NCBI GenBank assembly: GCA_031414775.1
Contig: JANOQI010000022.1
Location: forward strand, 43,418 to 67,417
Source: Synechococcales cyanobacterium VAR_4_metabat_354
Lineage (GTDB): Bacteria > Cyanobacteriota > Cyanobacteriia > Cyanobacteriales > Chamaesiphonaceae
DNA: 24,000 nt
Reading direction: 5' to 3'
The stretch's first letter is position 1; each line of letters opens with the position of its first letter. A program made the position numbers and the translations under genes. Positions 17,057 through 23,886 of the stretch are shown here, piece by piece. The notes below the pieces were generated by a model. The model made no database searches. It was not told where the DNA came from and saw only the letters and a list, made by a program, of their open reading frames with translations.

Positions 17057-17227
17057 ATGAACATCCCGCAGCCCACCACTTTTCCAAAAGTTAGTCAACC
17101 CAAAGCTGGCTTTAACCGCTTCGCCGAATTACTCAATGGCCGAGCGGCGATGGTAGGTTTTGCCGCCCTGTTGATTCTAGAATTTTTTACTGGTTCTGGC
17201 CTGCTGACATTCTTAGGTCTGCGCTAG
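17057..17227 (+). CDS. hli: High-light-inducible protein (Hlip/Scp, one-helix CAB family)
   Basis: Below the ORF-track size cutoff. My translation is MNIPQPTTFPKVSQPKAGFNRFAELLNGRAAMVGFAALLILEFFTGSGLLTFLGLR* (56 aa). E-x-x-N-G-R-x-A-M-x-G-F is the chlorophyll-binding CAB motif. Confidence 0.85.
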   Translation: MNIPQPTTFPKVSQPKAGFNRFAELLNGRAAMVGFAALLILEFFTGSGLLTFLGLR

Positions 17228-17275
17228 ACGGCAACCACACCCTGATTTTTTGCTGACATCTTGGGTAAACTAAGT

Positions 17276-17551
17276 ATGAACATTACCTCTCCTCGCTTCT
17301 TGAAGTCTTTTTATCGTAAAGAACCAATTACCGGCGTGATTATCACCATGGGTGCTGTTAATGCCATCCTGGGTGGGGTGAACGAAGTTGGCAGCTTAAT
17401 GCTCTTGGGGCTACTGGCTTCGGGCAGTGCGATCGCCTATCGGTGGTGGATGATTCAACAGGCCGAAGCCCAGATTGATGCGAATACCAATCAGCTGTAT
17501 TTACCGCCATCACGAGCAGTAAACGATTACAGCCATCGAGATAACTGGTAA
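17276..17551 (+). CDS. Small two-helix membrane protein, function unknown
   Basis: The track ORF starts at TTG 17261. The in-frame ATG at 17276 gives 91 aa (MNITSPRFLKSFYRKEPITGVIITMGAVNAILGG...LLGLLASGSAIAYRWW). A strong terminator follows. Confidence 0.55.
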   Translation: MNITSPRFLKSFYRKEPITGVIITMGAVNAILGGVNEVGSLMLLGLLASGSAIAYRWWMIQQAEAQIDANTNQLYLPPSRAVNDYSHRDNW

Positions 17552-17577
17552 AAAGCCACCAATTAGCGGCCTACCCC

Positions 17578-17620
17578 AAAAGCCCAGCCACTAATTAGTA
17601 ATTAGTGGCTGGGCTTTTGT
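17578..17620 (+). terminator. Intrinsic terminator hairpin (symmetric A/T flanks, potentially bidirectional)
   Basis: There is perfect complementarity between 17578-17596 (AAAAGCCCAGCCACTAATT) and 17600-17618 (AATTAGTGGCTGGGCTTTT). The core is GC-rich and ends in a T-run, 27 nt after the stop of the upstream gene. Confidence 0.7.
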
Positions 17621-17634
17621 TAGCTGAGACAGCA

Positions 17635-17672
17635 GAAGCCCCGCGCTCAATCCGTTTCGGATGAGCGTCGGG
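17635..17672 (+). repeat. Left-end (LE) subterminal hairpin of the IS element
   Basis: GAAGC-CCCGCGCTCaATCC-GTTTC-GGATGAGCGtCGGG. Hand pairing gives 40-72, 41-71, 42-70, 43-69, (t68 bulge), 44-67, 45-66, 46-65, 47-64, 48-63, (a49 bulge), 50-62, 51-61, 52-60 and 53-59 (last two digits of 176xx). Confidence 0.65.
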
Positions 17673-17703
17673 ATGAATGCGAGTGAGTGAGCAAACAAAT
17701 TCC

Positions 17704-17732
17704 TTGCTTTTCCCCATGCTGCCAGCTAAAAT
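17704..17732 (+). promoter_or_regulatory. Sigma70-like promoter candidate for tnpB
   Basis: TTGCTT (17704-17709), a 17-nt spacer, then TAAAAT (17727-17732), about 35 nt upstream of the GTG start. This is a motif match only. Confidence 0.35.
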
Positions 17733-17767
17733 ATTCTTAGAGCAGTCCAAGAAGTAATCTAAGTTTC

Positions 17768-18982
17768 GTGTTAAAAGCTGTCAGAATCCGAATCTATCCA
17801 ACAAAAGTTCAGCAAGTACACCTTGCTCAGGCTTTTGGTTGTGTACGTTGGGTCTGGAATCAGTCTTTGGCTACGATGACCGCGACCTATCAAGAGACTG
17901 GCAAAGGCGTTACAGCCATGACGATGAAGAAGTCCATACCTTTGTGGAAAGCTGATTTTGAGTGGCTGTCTGAGTGTTACTCACAATGCCTTCAGCAGTC
18001 AGTTTTGAATCTAGGCGTGGCTTTTGGGAATTTCTTTGATGGTCGAGCAATGTATCCTACCTTCAAGAAACGTCAAGAGAAACAGTCAATTCAATACCCT
18101 CAAAACGTTAAAGTCTTGAGCGATTGTCAAATTAAGTTTCCTGGTAAATTGGGTACGGTCAAAGCGAAAGTTCATCGGGATATTGAAGGTAAAGTTAAAA
18201 CTGTAACTTTATCCAAGAATCCTGATGGTCGATACTTTGCTTCAATGCTGTTTGATGACGGTATTGAGTGCCCTGAGTCCAGTACCGATGGTAATGTGAT
18301 TGGCATAGATCTAGGTCTAACTGATTTCGCCGTTACCTCAACCGGATCTAAGTATCAACACCCTAGAGCTACTAAAAAACACGAGCATAATCTAGCCCGT
18401 AAGCAGAAAAAGCTGTCTCGTAAGAAAGACAAAACGACTAACAATCGTCGTAAGGCAAAGCTTGCAGTAGCTAAGGTTCATTCCAAAATCAAAAGAGTCC
18501 GTGAGGATTTTTCACACAAACTTTCGCGCAAGATAGTAGACGAGAACCAAGTCATAGTGGTAGAAAATCTAGCAGTGAGAAACATGGTGAAGAACCATTG
18601 TCTAGCTAAAGCAATATCTGATGCTGGCTGGGGAATGTTCTGCACTATGCTCAAATACAAAGCCGAAATGGTGGGCAAAGTCTATCTAGAAATAGGTCGA
18701 TTCTTTGCATCTACTCACCTTTGCTCTGATACTTTGAAACCACTGTCACAGATGGATCTGTCAGTACGTGAATTTAATTGTGTCCATTGCGGCAATCGAC
18801 ACGACAGAGACATTAATGCGGCGATAAATATCAAAAATGAAGGCTTGCGTTTATTGACGTTGGGAACCAGCGTTATTGCTCCTGAAGGCTATGTAAGACC
18901 AAAACAGTATGGGCGTAAGTCTACTACTGTGGCGGCTGTGGTTGTTGAAGGGAGAAGCCCACACTCTACCCGTTTCGGGTGA
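17768..18982 (+). CDS. tnpB: IS200/IS605-family RNA-guided endonuclease TnpB (OrfB)
   Basis: 404 aa with a GTG start. The N-terminus LKAVRIRIYPTKVQQ is typical. The RuvC triad is IGIDLGLTDF (D), VVENLAVRNM (E) and HDRDINAAINI (D). A Lys/Arg-rich bridge (KKHEHNLARKQKKLSRKKDK) and a C-terminal Zn-finger region CSDT...CVHCG are present. Confidence 0.9.
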   Translation: MLKAVRIRIYPTKVQQVHLAQAFGCVRWVWNQSLATMTATYQETGKGVTAMTMKKSIPLWKADFEWLSECYSQCLQQSVLNLGVAFGNFFDGRAMYPTFKKRQEKQSIQYPQNVKVLSDCQIKFPGKLGTVKAKVHRDIEGKVKTVTLSKNPDGRYFASMLFDDGIECPESSTDGNVIGIDLGLTDFAVTSTGSKYQHPRATKKHEHNLARKQKKLSRKKDKTTNNRRKAKLAVAKVHSKIKRVREDFSHKLSRKIVDENQVIVVENLAVRNMVKNHCLAKAISDAGWGMFCTMLKYKAEMVGKVYLEIGRFFASTHLCSDTLKPLSQMDLSVREFNCVHCGNRHDRDINAAINIKNEGLRLLTLGTSVIAPEGYVRPKQYGRKSTTVAAVVVEGRSPHSTRFG

Positions 18983-19000
18983 GTGTGTGGTAGTTCACAA
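18840..19000 (+). ncRNA. Candidate TnpB guide-RNA scaffold (omega RNA / reRNA) overlapping the tnpB 3' end and RE; extent is a guess
   Basis: By analogy with characterised TnpB systems, the scaffold is encoded by the last ~100-150 nt of tnpB plus the RE. Here the tnpB stop codon (18980-18982) lies inside the RE hairpin. The last ~40 codons encode a low-complexity tail (GRKSTTVAAVVVEGRSPHSTRFG), consistent with RNA-constrained sequence. There is no transcript evidence. Confidence 0.35.
18954..18990 (+). repeat. Right-end (RE) subterminal hairpin of the IS element
   Basis: GAAG-CCCACACTCtACCC-GTTTC-GGGTGAGTGTGtGG. The architecture and GTTTC loop match the LE, with different but still complementary stem bases. 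It ends ~12 nt before the stop codon of the convergent ComFB-family gene. Confidence 0.65.
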
Positions 19001-19001
19001 A

Positions 19002-19574
19002 TTAATTATGCTCTTCTTTACCATTAGTTTGACCAGTTTCAGTGCTGGGTGAATAGGCTTGTAGCAATGAATTTACTTGGTTGGCTACCTCATTACCAGG
19101 TACTGGTTTGACAATTGCCTGACGCTCTGGGAAGAAATCTGGTCGATCGAGATTCCGCTCCATGCCTTCTTTAACCTGCTGCTGAATCACATCAAGCATT
19201 TCACTTTTAGCCCGCTGACGCTGGTAATTAGCACCTTCTTCGGTGGTAGCATATAGCGGTGGTAAACGGTTCAGGGCATAGGCAGCAATATCGCCCACAT
19301 CCAAGCTCAATTCCGTCTGGTTCATTTCAATTTCAGCAACTTGACCGATCGCAACAGTCAAAACCAGCTCTTCCATCACATTAATAAATTGCTTGCGGGG
19401 TACAGTCACCACATCCCCAGCTAACAAAGCCCCCATCAGTTGATCGAGAGCCATATATTCTTCTACCGATAACTCCGCTGCGCTATCGCAAATACGCCCA
19501 ACTTCTGCTTCCATGGCGGGAGTCAGATAGCCGTCTTGGAGAGCTTGGTCTACAATTTCCTTAATATTTAGCAT
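19002..19574 (-). CDS. ComFB-family (late competence development protein ComFB domain) protein
   Basis: 190 aa. NVMEELVLTVAIGQ...VGDIAAYALNRLPPLYATTEEGANYQRQRA is the ComFB-domain pattern. There is an N-terminal ~60 aa extension and a C-terminal low-complexity tail. Confidence 0.8.
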   Translation of the reverse strand: MLNIKEIVDQALQDGYLTPAMEAEVGRICDSAAELSVEEYMALDQLMGALLAGDVVTVPRKQFINVMEELVLTVAIGQVAEIEMNQTELSLDVGDIAAYALNRLPPLYATTEEGANYQRQRAKSEMLDVIQQQVKEGMERNLDRPDFFPERQAIVKPVPGNEVANQVNSLLQAYSPSTETGQTNGKEEHN

Positions 19575-19693
19575 AGGAGACAGATAGTGGTAGATTCTTT
19601 GTCCCTAGCTATTTAGGCGGATCAGGCGATCTATTTAGGACATAAATATTGTACCCAGTTTAATCGCCAAATCTACAATTGCTAGCTGCAAAA

Positions 19694-20569
19694 CTAGTCA
19701 AATGATTGAGTCAGCCACTGAACAGGCTCAACTCCAATGCCATTGACATATAGTCCCCAGTGTAGATGTGGTCCAGTAGAAGCTCCCGTAGTCCCGATCG
19801 CCCCGATCAGATCACCAGTTTTGACCACATCGCCTTCCTTGACATTAACCTTGCTCAAGTGCATAAAAATACTCACTACCCCTTGGCCATGGTCGATACC
19901 GATCGCATTGCCATGCACCCGAAAACCATCTTTGACCAATCCCACCATAGCTACCCGACCAGGAGCCGGAGCCGTGACCGGGGAACCCTTGGCTCCAGCA
20001 TAGTCGAGACCGCGATGATAGTAATCGTTGGCAAATACCCCATTGTAGTAACGCTTCACCCCAAATGGGGTAATGGTTTCGGCTTTGCTGGGGTTGGCAA
20101 ATTTGCCACTCCAATACTTCGTGGGGGTAACTAGCGCTTTGAAAGCACCAACTTTTTTCAATTCATAGGCCGTAGCTTCGACTCCCGATTTCCCTGGTGG
20201 TAGATTAATTCGCTGAATTCGGAACTTGCGATCAATAAAGGTAATGGGGACAGATTGAGTGCGGCCATCAGCCGTCACCTGGACATTCCGCACCCCCGGT
20301 TTTTCTAAAGGAGTAGAAGGAATCAAGACCCGGTAGATATTCTCACCCAAGGAAAAGACTGGATAAATTTTCTTCCCAAATTTCACCACCGGCGGGTTTT
20401 GGGGGTTATCAACTTGAATATTCAGCGCAGCGGTATCACCGAGTCGGGTCTTGGGGTTCATAACTTCAGTCTTTCCAGCTAATGCTGGCACTGCCAGGGC
20501 GCTGAGTATGCCAAAACTCCATCCCCAAAGGCTAATAGCCTGCCAACGTCTCGAAAAATGAGTAAACAT
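19694..20569 (-). CDS. M23-family peptidoglycan metalloendopeptidase, secreted
   Basis: 291 aa. The signal-like N-terminus is WQAISLWGWSFGILSALAVPALA. HRGLDYAG (HxxxD) and GPHLHWGLY (HxH) are the LytM/M23 zinc motifs. Confidence 0.9.
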   Translation of the reverse strand: MFTHFSRRWQAISLWGWSFGILSALAVPALAGKTEVMNPKTRLGDTAALNIQVDNPQNPPVVKFGKKIYPVFSLGENIYRVLIPSTPLEKPGVRNVQVTADGRTQSVPITFIDRKFRIQRINLPPGKSGVEATAYELKKVGAFKALVTPTKYWSGKFANPSKAETITPFGVKRYYNGVFANDYYHRGLDYAGAKGSPVTAPAPGRVAMVGLVKDGFRVHGNAIGIDHGQGVVSIFMHLSKVNVKEGDVVKTGDLIGAIGTTGASTGPHLHWGLYVNGIGVEPVQWLTQSFD

Positions 20570-20698
20570 GTAATGTCTCCTAGATGCAAAATATGGATGG
20601 ACTGATTTGGCTGCAACAAAAACAGATATTAGAAAAACTCGGTATGCTAAAGAATGAATAGTTTCAAATTTTAATAAAGTCTCTCATAATAGCTGCCC

Positions 20699-22999
20699 GT
20701 GCAAGAAGATTTTCGGTTAATCATTGATTTAGTAACAGTATTGGCCGCCGCTGCTACTGGTGGCATCATTGCTGGATTGTGCCGACAGCCCGCCCTCCTG
20801 GGCTATATTCTGGGCGGTGTGATCGTTGGCCCCACTGGGTTAGGATTAATTAAAGAACTAATTCAGGTGGAAACTTTAGCGCAGTTTGGGGCGGCATTTT
20901 TGTTATTTGCCTTGGGCGTAGAATTTTCCTTTGCTGAACTCAAGAAAGTTCAAAATATTAGTTTAGGGGGCGGTGGTCTCCAAATTTTGCTGACGATCGT
21001 AGCGACTACTTTTATTTCGGTGGCTATCGGATGGGTGACGACCCCACAGCAGGGGGTGTTCCTGGGTTCTATTTTGTCTCTTTCTTCCACCGCTGTAGTC
21101 TTGAAATGCTTGATGGAAGCCAACGAAACCGAAACACCCCACGGGCAAGTGATGCTGGGAATGTTGGTAGTGCAGGATTTAGCTCTGGGCTTGATGTTGG
21201 CTATTTTGCCAGCCCTAGACAAACCGCCAACGGAAATTGGGGAAGCTCTGCTCCAGGCCGGGATTAAAATTGCGCTGTTTTCGGGGGCAGCGATTATTAC
21301 GGGCATCTGGGTAGTACCCAGATTTTTGCGGCTATTAGCTCAAACGGAAAGCCGAGAGTTGTTTCTACTAGGAGTAGTGACGCTCTGTTTAGCCATTGCG
21401 TTGCTGACAGCTCAACTGGGGCTATCGATCGAGATGGGAGCATTTGTCGCCGGTCTGATGATTTCGGAGGTGGAGTATGCCGATCAGACCCTCACCTACG
21501 TGGAGCCGCTGCGGGATGTCTTTGCGGCTCTGTTTTTTGCGGCGATCGGGATGTTGATTGACCCGCTATTTCTCTGGCAAAACTGGGAGCTGATTCTGGA
21601 ACTGGTAGGTTTGGTTCTAGTCGGTAAATGGATCATTATTACGCCGCTGGTGCGACTGTTTGGCTATCCCCTCAAGACGGCAATTACGGTGGGACTGGGT
21701 TTGGCTCAAATTGGAGAATTTTCCTTTGTGCTAGCCAGTGAAGGGCAAGCCTTAGGCTTTGTTTCACGGCGGGTGTATTTATTACTACTGGGTACCACTG
21801 CGGTGACTTTGGTAATTACCCCCCTGGTGTTAAAACTCACTCCCAAGCTGTTTAATTGGTTGGAGAGTTTTCCCCAGCTGAATAGTTGGTTTGAAGATAC
21901 CGATGAGCCGCAAGAAGTATCGATCGAATCTAACTTAAGTGGACATGTGGTGATCTGTGGTTACGGGCGGACTGGTCAAAACATTCTGCATCTGATACAA
22001 GCTCAGGCTGCCCCCGTGGTGGTCATAGAACAATCAGAGGCATCCATCCAAAAACTGCGGGAACTGGGTGTCGCCTACATCTACGGGAACGCGGCTAGCT
22101 TACATGTATTAGCTAAAGCTAATTTAGGGCAAGCCAAAACAATGGTAATTAATCTGCCCGATGGGATGAGTACCCGGCTATGTCTGAAACGCGCCTTAGA
22201 AATAGCACCGGAGCTGGATGTAGTGGTTCGTGCCAACCAATTTCAAGATATTGAACTGCTCTACCAACTCGGTGGCAAGGAAGTCGTCCAACCAGAGTTT
22301 GAAGCCAGTTTGGAAATGGCCAGCCATCTGCTCAATAAATTGGGATTACCGATCGCCAAGGTGCAACAAGAAATCTCCCAGATTCGGAACTCGCACTATT
22401 TAGAACTGCGACCAGCATCCGGCATTGAAACAGATAAAATTGATGTCGAAGCAGCCACCGTCGGGATGAGTACTAAGTGGTTTAATATTCCGGTAATTTC
22501 GCCCCTGAGTGGCCTGTCGATCGAAGAAGCCAACATTCGATCTTTAACCGGCATCACCATCTTGAGCATCCGGCGGGAAAATGGTGAAGAGCTGCCCTAT
22601 CCCGGCGAAGATACGATGTTATTGGATGGCGATCGCTGTTTAGTGGTCGGCTCGGCTGACGAAAAGATCGCTTTTAAGCAGCTGGTGCGCGGCAAAATTG
22701 CTCTGCCGATGAGTAATGCTCCCTGTCAGTGGCTGATTATTTCCCCGGCTAGTACCGCTGTCGGATTGACCCTCAGTGATTTAGATACCCATCGACAGTA
22801 CGGGGTGCAGATTCGTGCTTTACGCCGTGCTAAAAAGTTTATCGACAATCCTGATCAACAAACCACCGTAATTATGGCTGGCGATCGATTATTGCTGTGT
22901 GGCGGGCGCTATCCCTTGAAAAAACTCCAACAGCAACTCACCACCGAACTACCGGAGTTAAAAGTTGTAGCTGAAGTAGCTGATCTCGATGTCGGGTAG
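20699..22999 (+). CDS. CPA2-family cation:proton antiporter (Kef-like) with RCK/TrkA-N and two TrkA-C domains
   Basis: 766 aa with a GTG start. The N-terminal ~390 aa are polytopic (LLGYILGGVIVGPTGLG is typical of Kef/CPA2). The Rossmann motif is VVICGYGRTGQNI. Two C-terminal RCK_C-like repeats follow (LSGLSIEEANIRSLTGITILSIRR..., and VGLTLSDLDTHRQYGVQIRALRR...). Confidence 0.9.
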   Translation: MQEDFRLIIDLVTVLAAAATGGIIAGLCRQPALLGYILGGVIVGPTGLGLIKELIQVETLAQFGAAFLLFALGVEFSFAELKKVQNISLGGGGLQILLTIVATTFISVAIGWVTTPQQGVFLGSILSLSSTAVVLKCLMEANETETPHGQVMLGMLVVQDLALGLMLAILPALDKPPTEIGEALLQAGIKIALFSGAAIITGIWVVPRFLRLLAQTESRELFLLGVVTLCLAIALLTAQLGLSIEMGAFVAGLMISEVEYADQTLTYVEPLRDVFAALFFAAIGMLIDPLFLWQNWELILELVGLVLVGKWIIITPLVRLFGYPLKTAITVGLGLAQIGEFSFVLASEGQALGFVSRRVYLLLLGTTAVTLVITPLVLKLTPKLFNWLESFPQLNSWFEDTDEPQEVSIESNLSGHVVICGYGRTGQNILHLIQAQAAPVVVIEQSEASIQKLRELGVAYIYGNAASLHVLAKANLGQAKTMVINLPDGMSTRLCLKRALEIAPELDVVVRANQFQDIELLYQLGGKEVVQPEFEASLEMASHLLNKLGLPIAKVQQEISQIRNSHYLELRPASGIETDKIDVEAATVGMSTKWFNIPVISPLSGLSIEEANIRSLTGITILSIRRENGEELPYPGEDTMLLDGDRCLVVGSADEKIAFKQLVRGKIALPMSNAPCQWLIISPASTAVGLTLSDLDTHRQYGVQIRALRRAKKFIDNPDQQTTVIMAGDRLLLCGGRYPLKKLQQQLTTELPELKVVAEVADLDVG

Positions 23000-23036
23000 T
23001 GAGCAAATTTGATCAAGAGTTTACCCACTACCCGAC
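22991..23036 (+). repeat. 11-bp perfect inverted repeat (stem-loop) straddling the antiporter stop codon
   Basis: GTCGGGTAGTG (22991-23001) and CACTACCCGAC (23026-23036) are exact reverse complements separated by 24 nt. No U-tract follows, so it is not a canonical intrinsic terminator. Confidence 0.5.
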
Positions 23037-23093
23037 AGATCATGTAAAATTAATCGTTAGCAGATTTTAATAATTCATATAGGAGAAAATTCC

Positions 23094-23342
23094 ATGTCTG
23101 GAGGAACCACTGGCGAACGGCCGTTTTCTGACATTGTTACTAGTATTCGCTATTGGGTAATCCATAGCCTGACTATTCCGGCTCTGTTTGTAGCAGGCTG
23201 GCTGTTTGTGGCAACGGGCTTGGCCTACGATGCGTTTGGTACGCCTCGTCCCAACGAATACTTTAACCAAAATCGTCAAGAACTACCGATCGTCTCCGAT
23301 CGTTTTGAGTCGAAAAGTCAGATTGACAAATTTATTAAGTAA
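23094..23342 (+). CDS. psbE: Cytochrome b559 alpha subunit
   Basis: 82 aa. [32 protein letters not shown] carries the haem-ligand His in the single TM helix. AGGAGA lies upstream. Confidence 0.97.
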   Translation: MSGGTTGERPFSDIVTSIRYWVIHSLTIPALFVAGWLFVATGLAYDAFGTPRPNEYFNQNRQELPIVSDRFESKSQIDKFIK

Positions 23343-23362
23343 TTTTTAGTAGAGGAGAACTT

Positions 23363-23494
23363 ATGGACAGCGGCAGCAACGAACCTATTTCTTACCCAAT
23401 TTTTACAGTCAGATGGTTGGCTATCCATTCTTTGGGTGTACCCACTGTATTTTTTATTGGCGCGATTGCCGCCATGCAGTTTATTCAAAGATAG
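23363..23494 (+). CDS. psbF: Cytochrome b559 beta subunit
   Basis: My translation is [43 protein letters not shown] (43 aa). The GAGGAG RBS is at 23352-23357. It is below the ORF-track cutoff. Confidence 0.95.
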   Translation: MDSGSNEPISYPIFTVRWLAIHSLGVPTVFFIGAIAAMQFIQR

Positions 23495-23516
23495 GTTATT
23501 TAAAGAGGTATAGCAA

Positions 23517-23636
23517 ATGGAACGTAATCCTAATCCCAACAGCCAGCCCGTTGAATTGAACAGATCTTCTCTGTTCTTGGGCTTGCTTTTAATTTTCACG
23601 CTTGGCATTCTGTTTACTAGCTATTTCTTTAACTAG
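23517..23636 (+). CDS. psbL: Photosystem II protein L
   Basis: My translation is [39 protein letters not shown] (39 aa), which ends in the typical PsbL SSYFFN-like sequence. Confidence 0.95.
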   Translation: MERNPNPNSQPVELNRSSLFLGLLLIFTLGILFTSYFFN

Positions 23637-23683
23637 TTGACAGTTTGGTTCATATAAAAAAGTCTGTTTTGGAGAAGTAAGTC

Positions 23684-23803
23684 ATGTCTGAACCTGGAAG
23701 AATTCCGCTTTGGTTAGTCGGCACAGTTGCTGGCTTTGGTGTAATCGGTGTGATAAGTCTGTTTTTCTATGGCGCTTATGCTGGATTGGGATCTTCGATG
23801 TAA
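23684..23803 (+). CDS. psbJ: Photosystem II protein J
   Basis: My translation is [39 protein letters not shown] (39 aa). The GGAGAAG RBS is at 23671-23677. Confidence 0.95.
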   Translation: MSEPGRIPLWLVGTVAGFGVIGVISLFFYGAYAGLGSSM

Positions 23804-23833
23804 GTCGAGTTACAATCGCAAAAAAATTGACAC

Positions 23834-23863
23834 AAAAAACTGGGTGAAATACCCAGTTTTTTT
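23834..23863. terminator. Bidirectional intrinsic terminator between convergent psbJ and psaI
   Basis: AAAAAA-CTGGGT-GAAAT-ACCCAG-TTTTTTT. The stem is 6 bp (23840-23845 / 23851-23856), flanked by an A-run and a T-run, so it reads as a hairpin plus U-tract on both strands. Confidence 0.7.
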
Positions 23864-23886
23864 GTAGCCGCACGACTGATAACGAC

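Larger units (their letters stand above)
17630..19000 (+). mobile_element. TnpB-only (no tnpA) IS200/IS605-type element; boundaries approximate (+/- ~30 nt)
   Basis: A tnpB ORF is flanked by two related subterminal imperfect hairpins sharing GAAGCCC....CTC.A.CCGTTTCGG.TGAG.GT..GG (17635-17672 and 18954-18990). No Y1 transposase ORF lies between them. The element sits between a host terminator and the stop codon of a convergent host gene. Confidence 0.7.
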
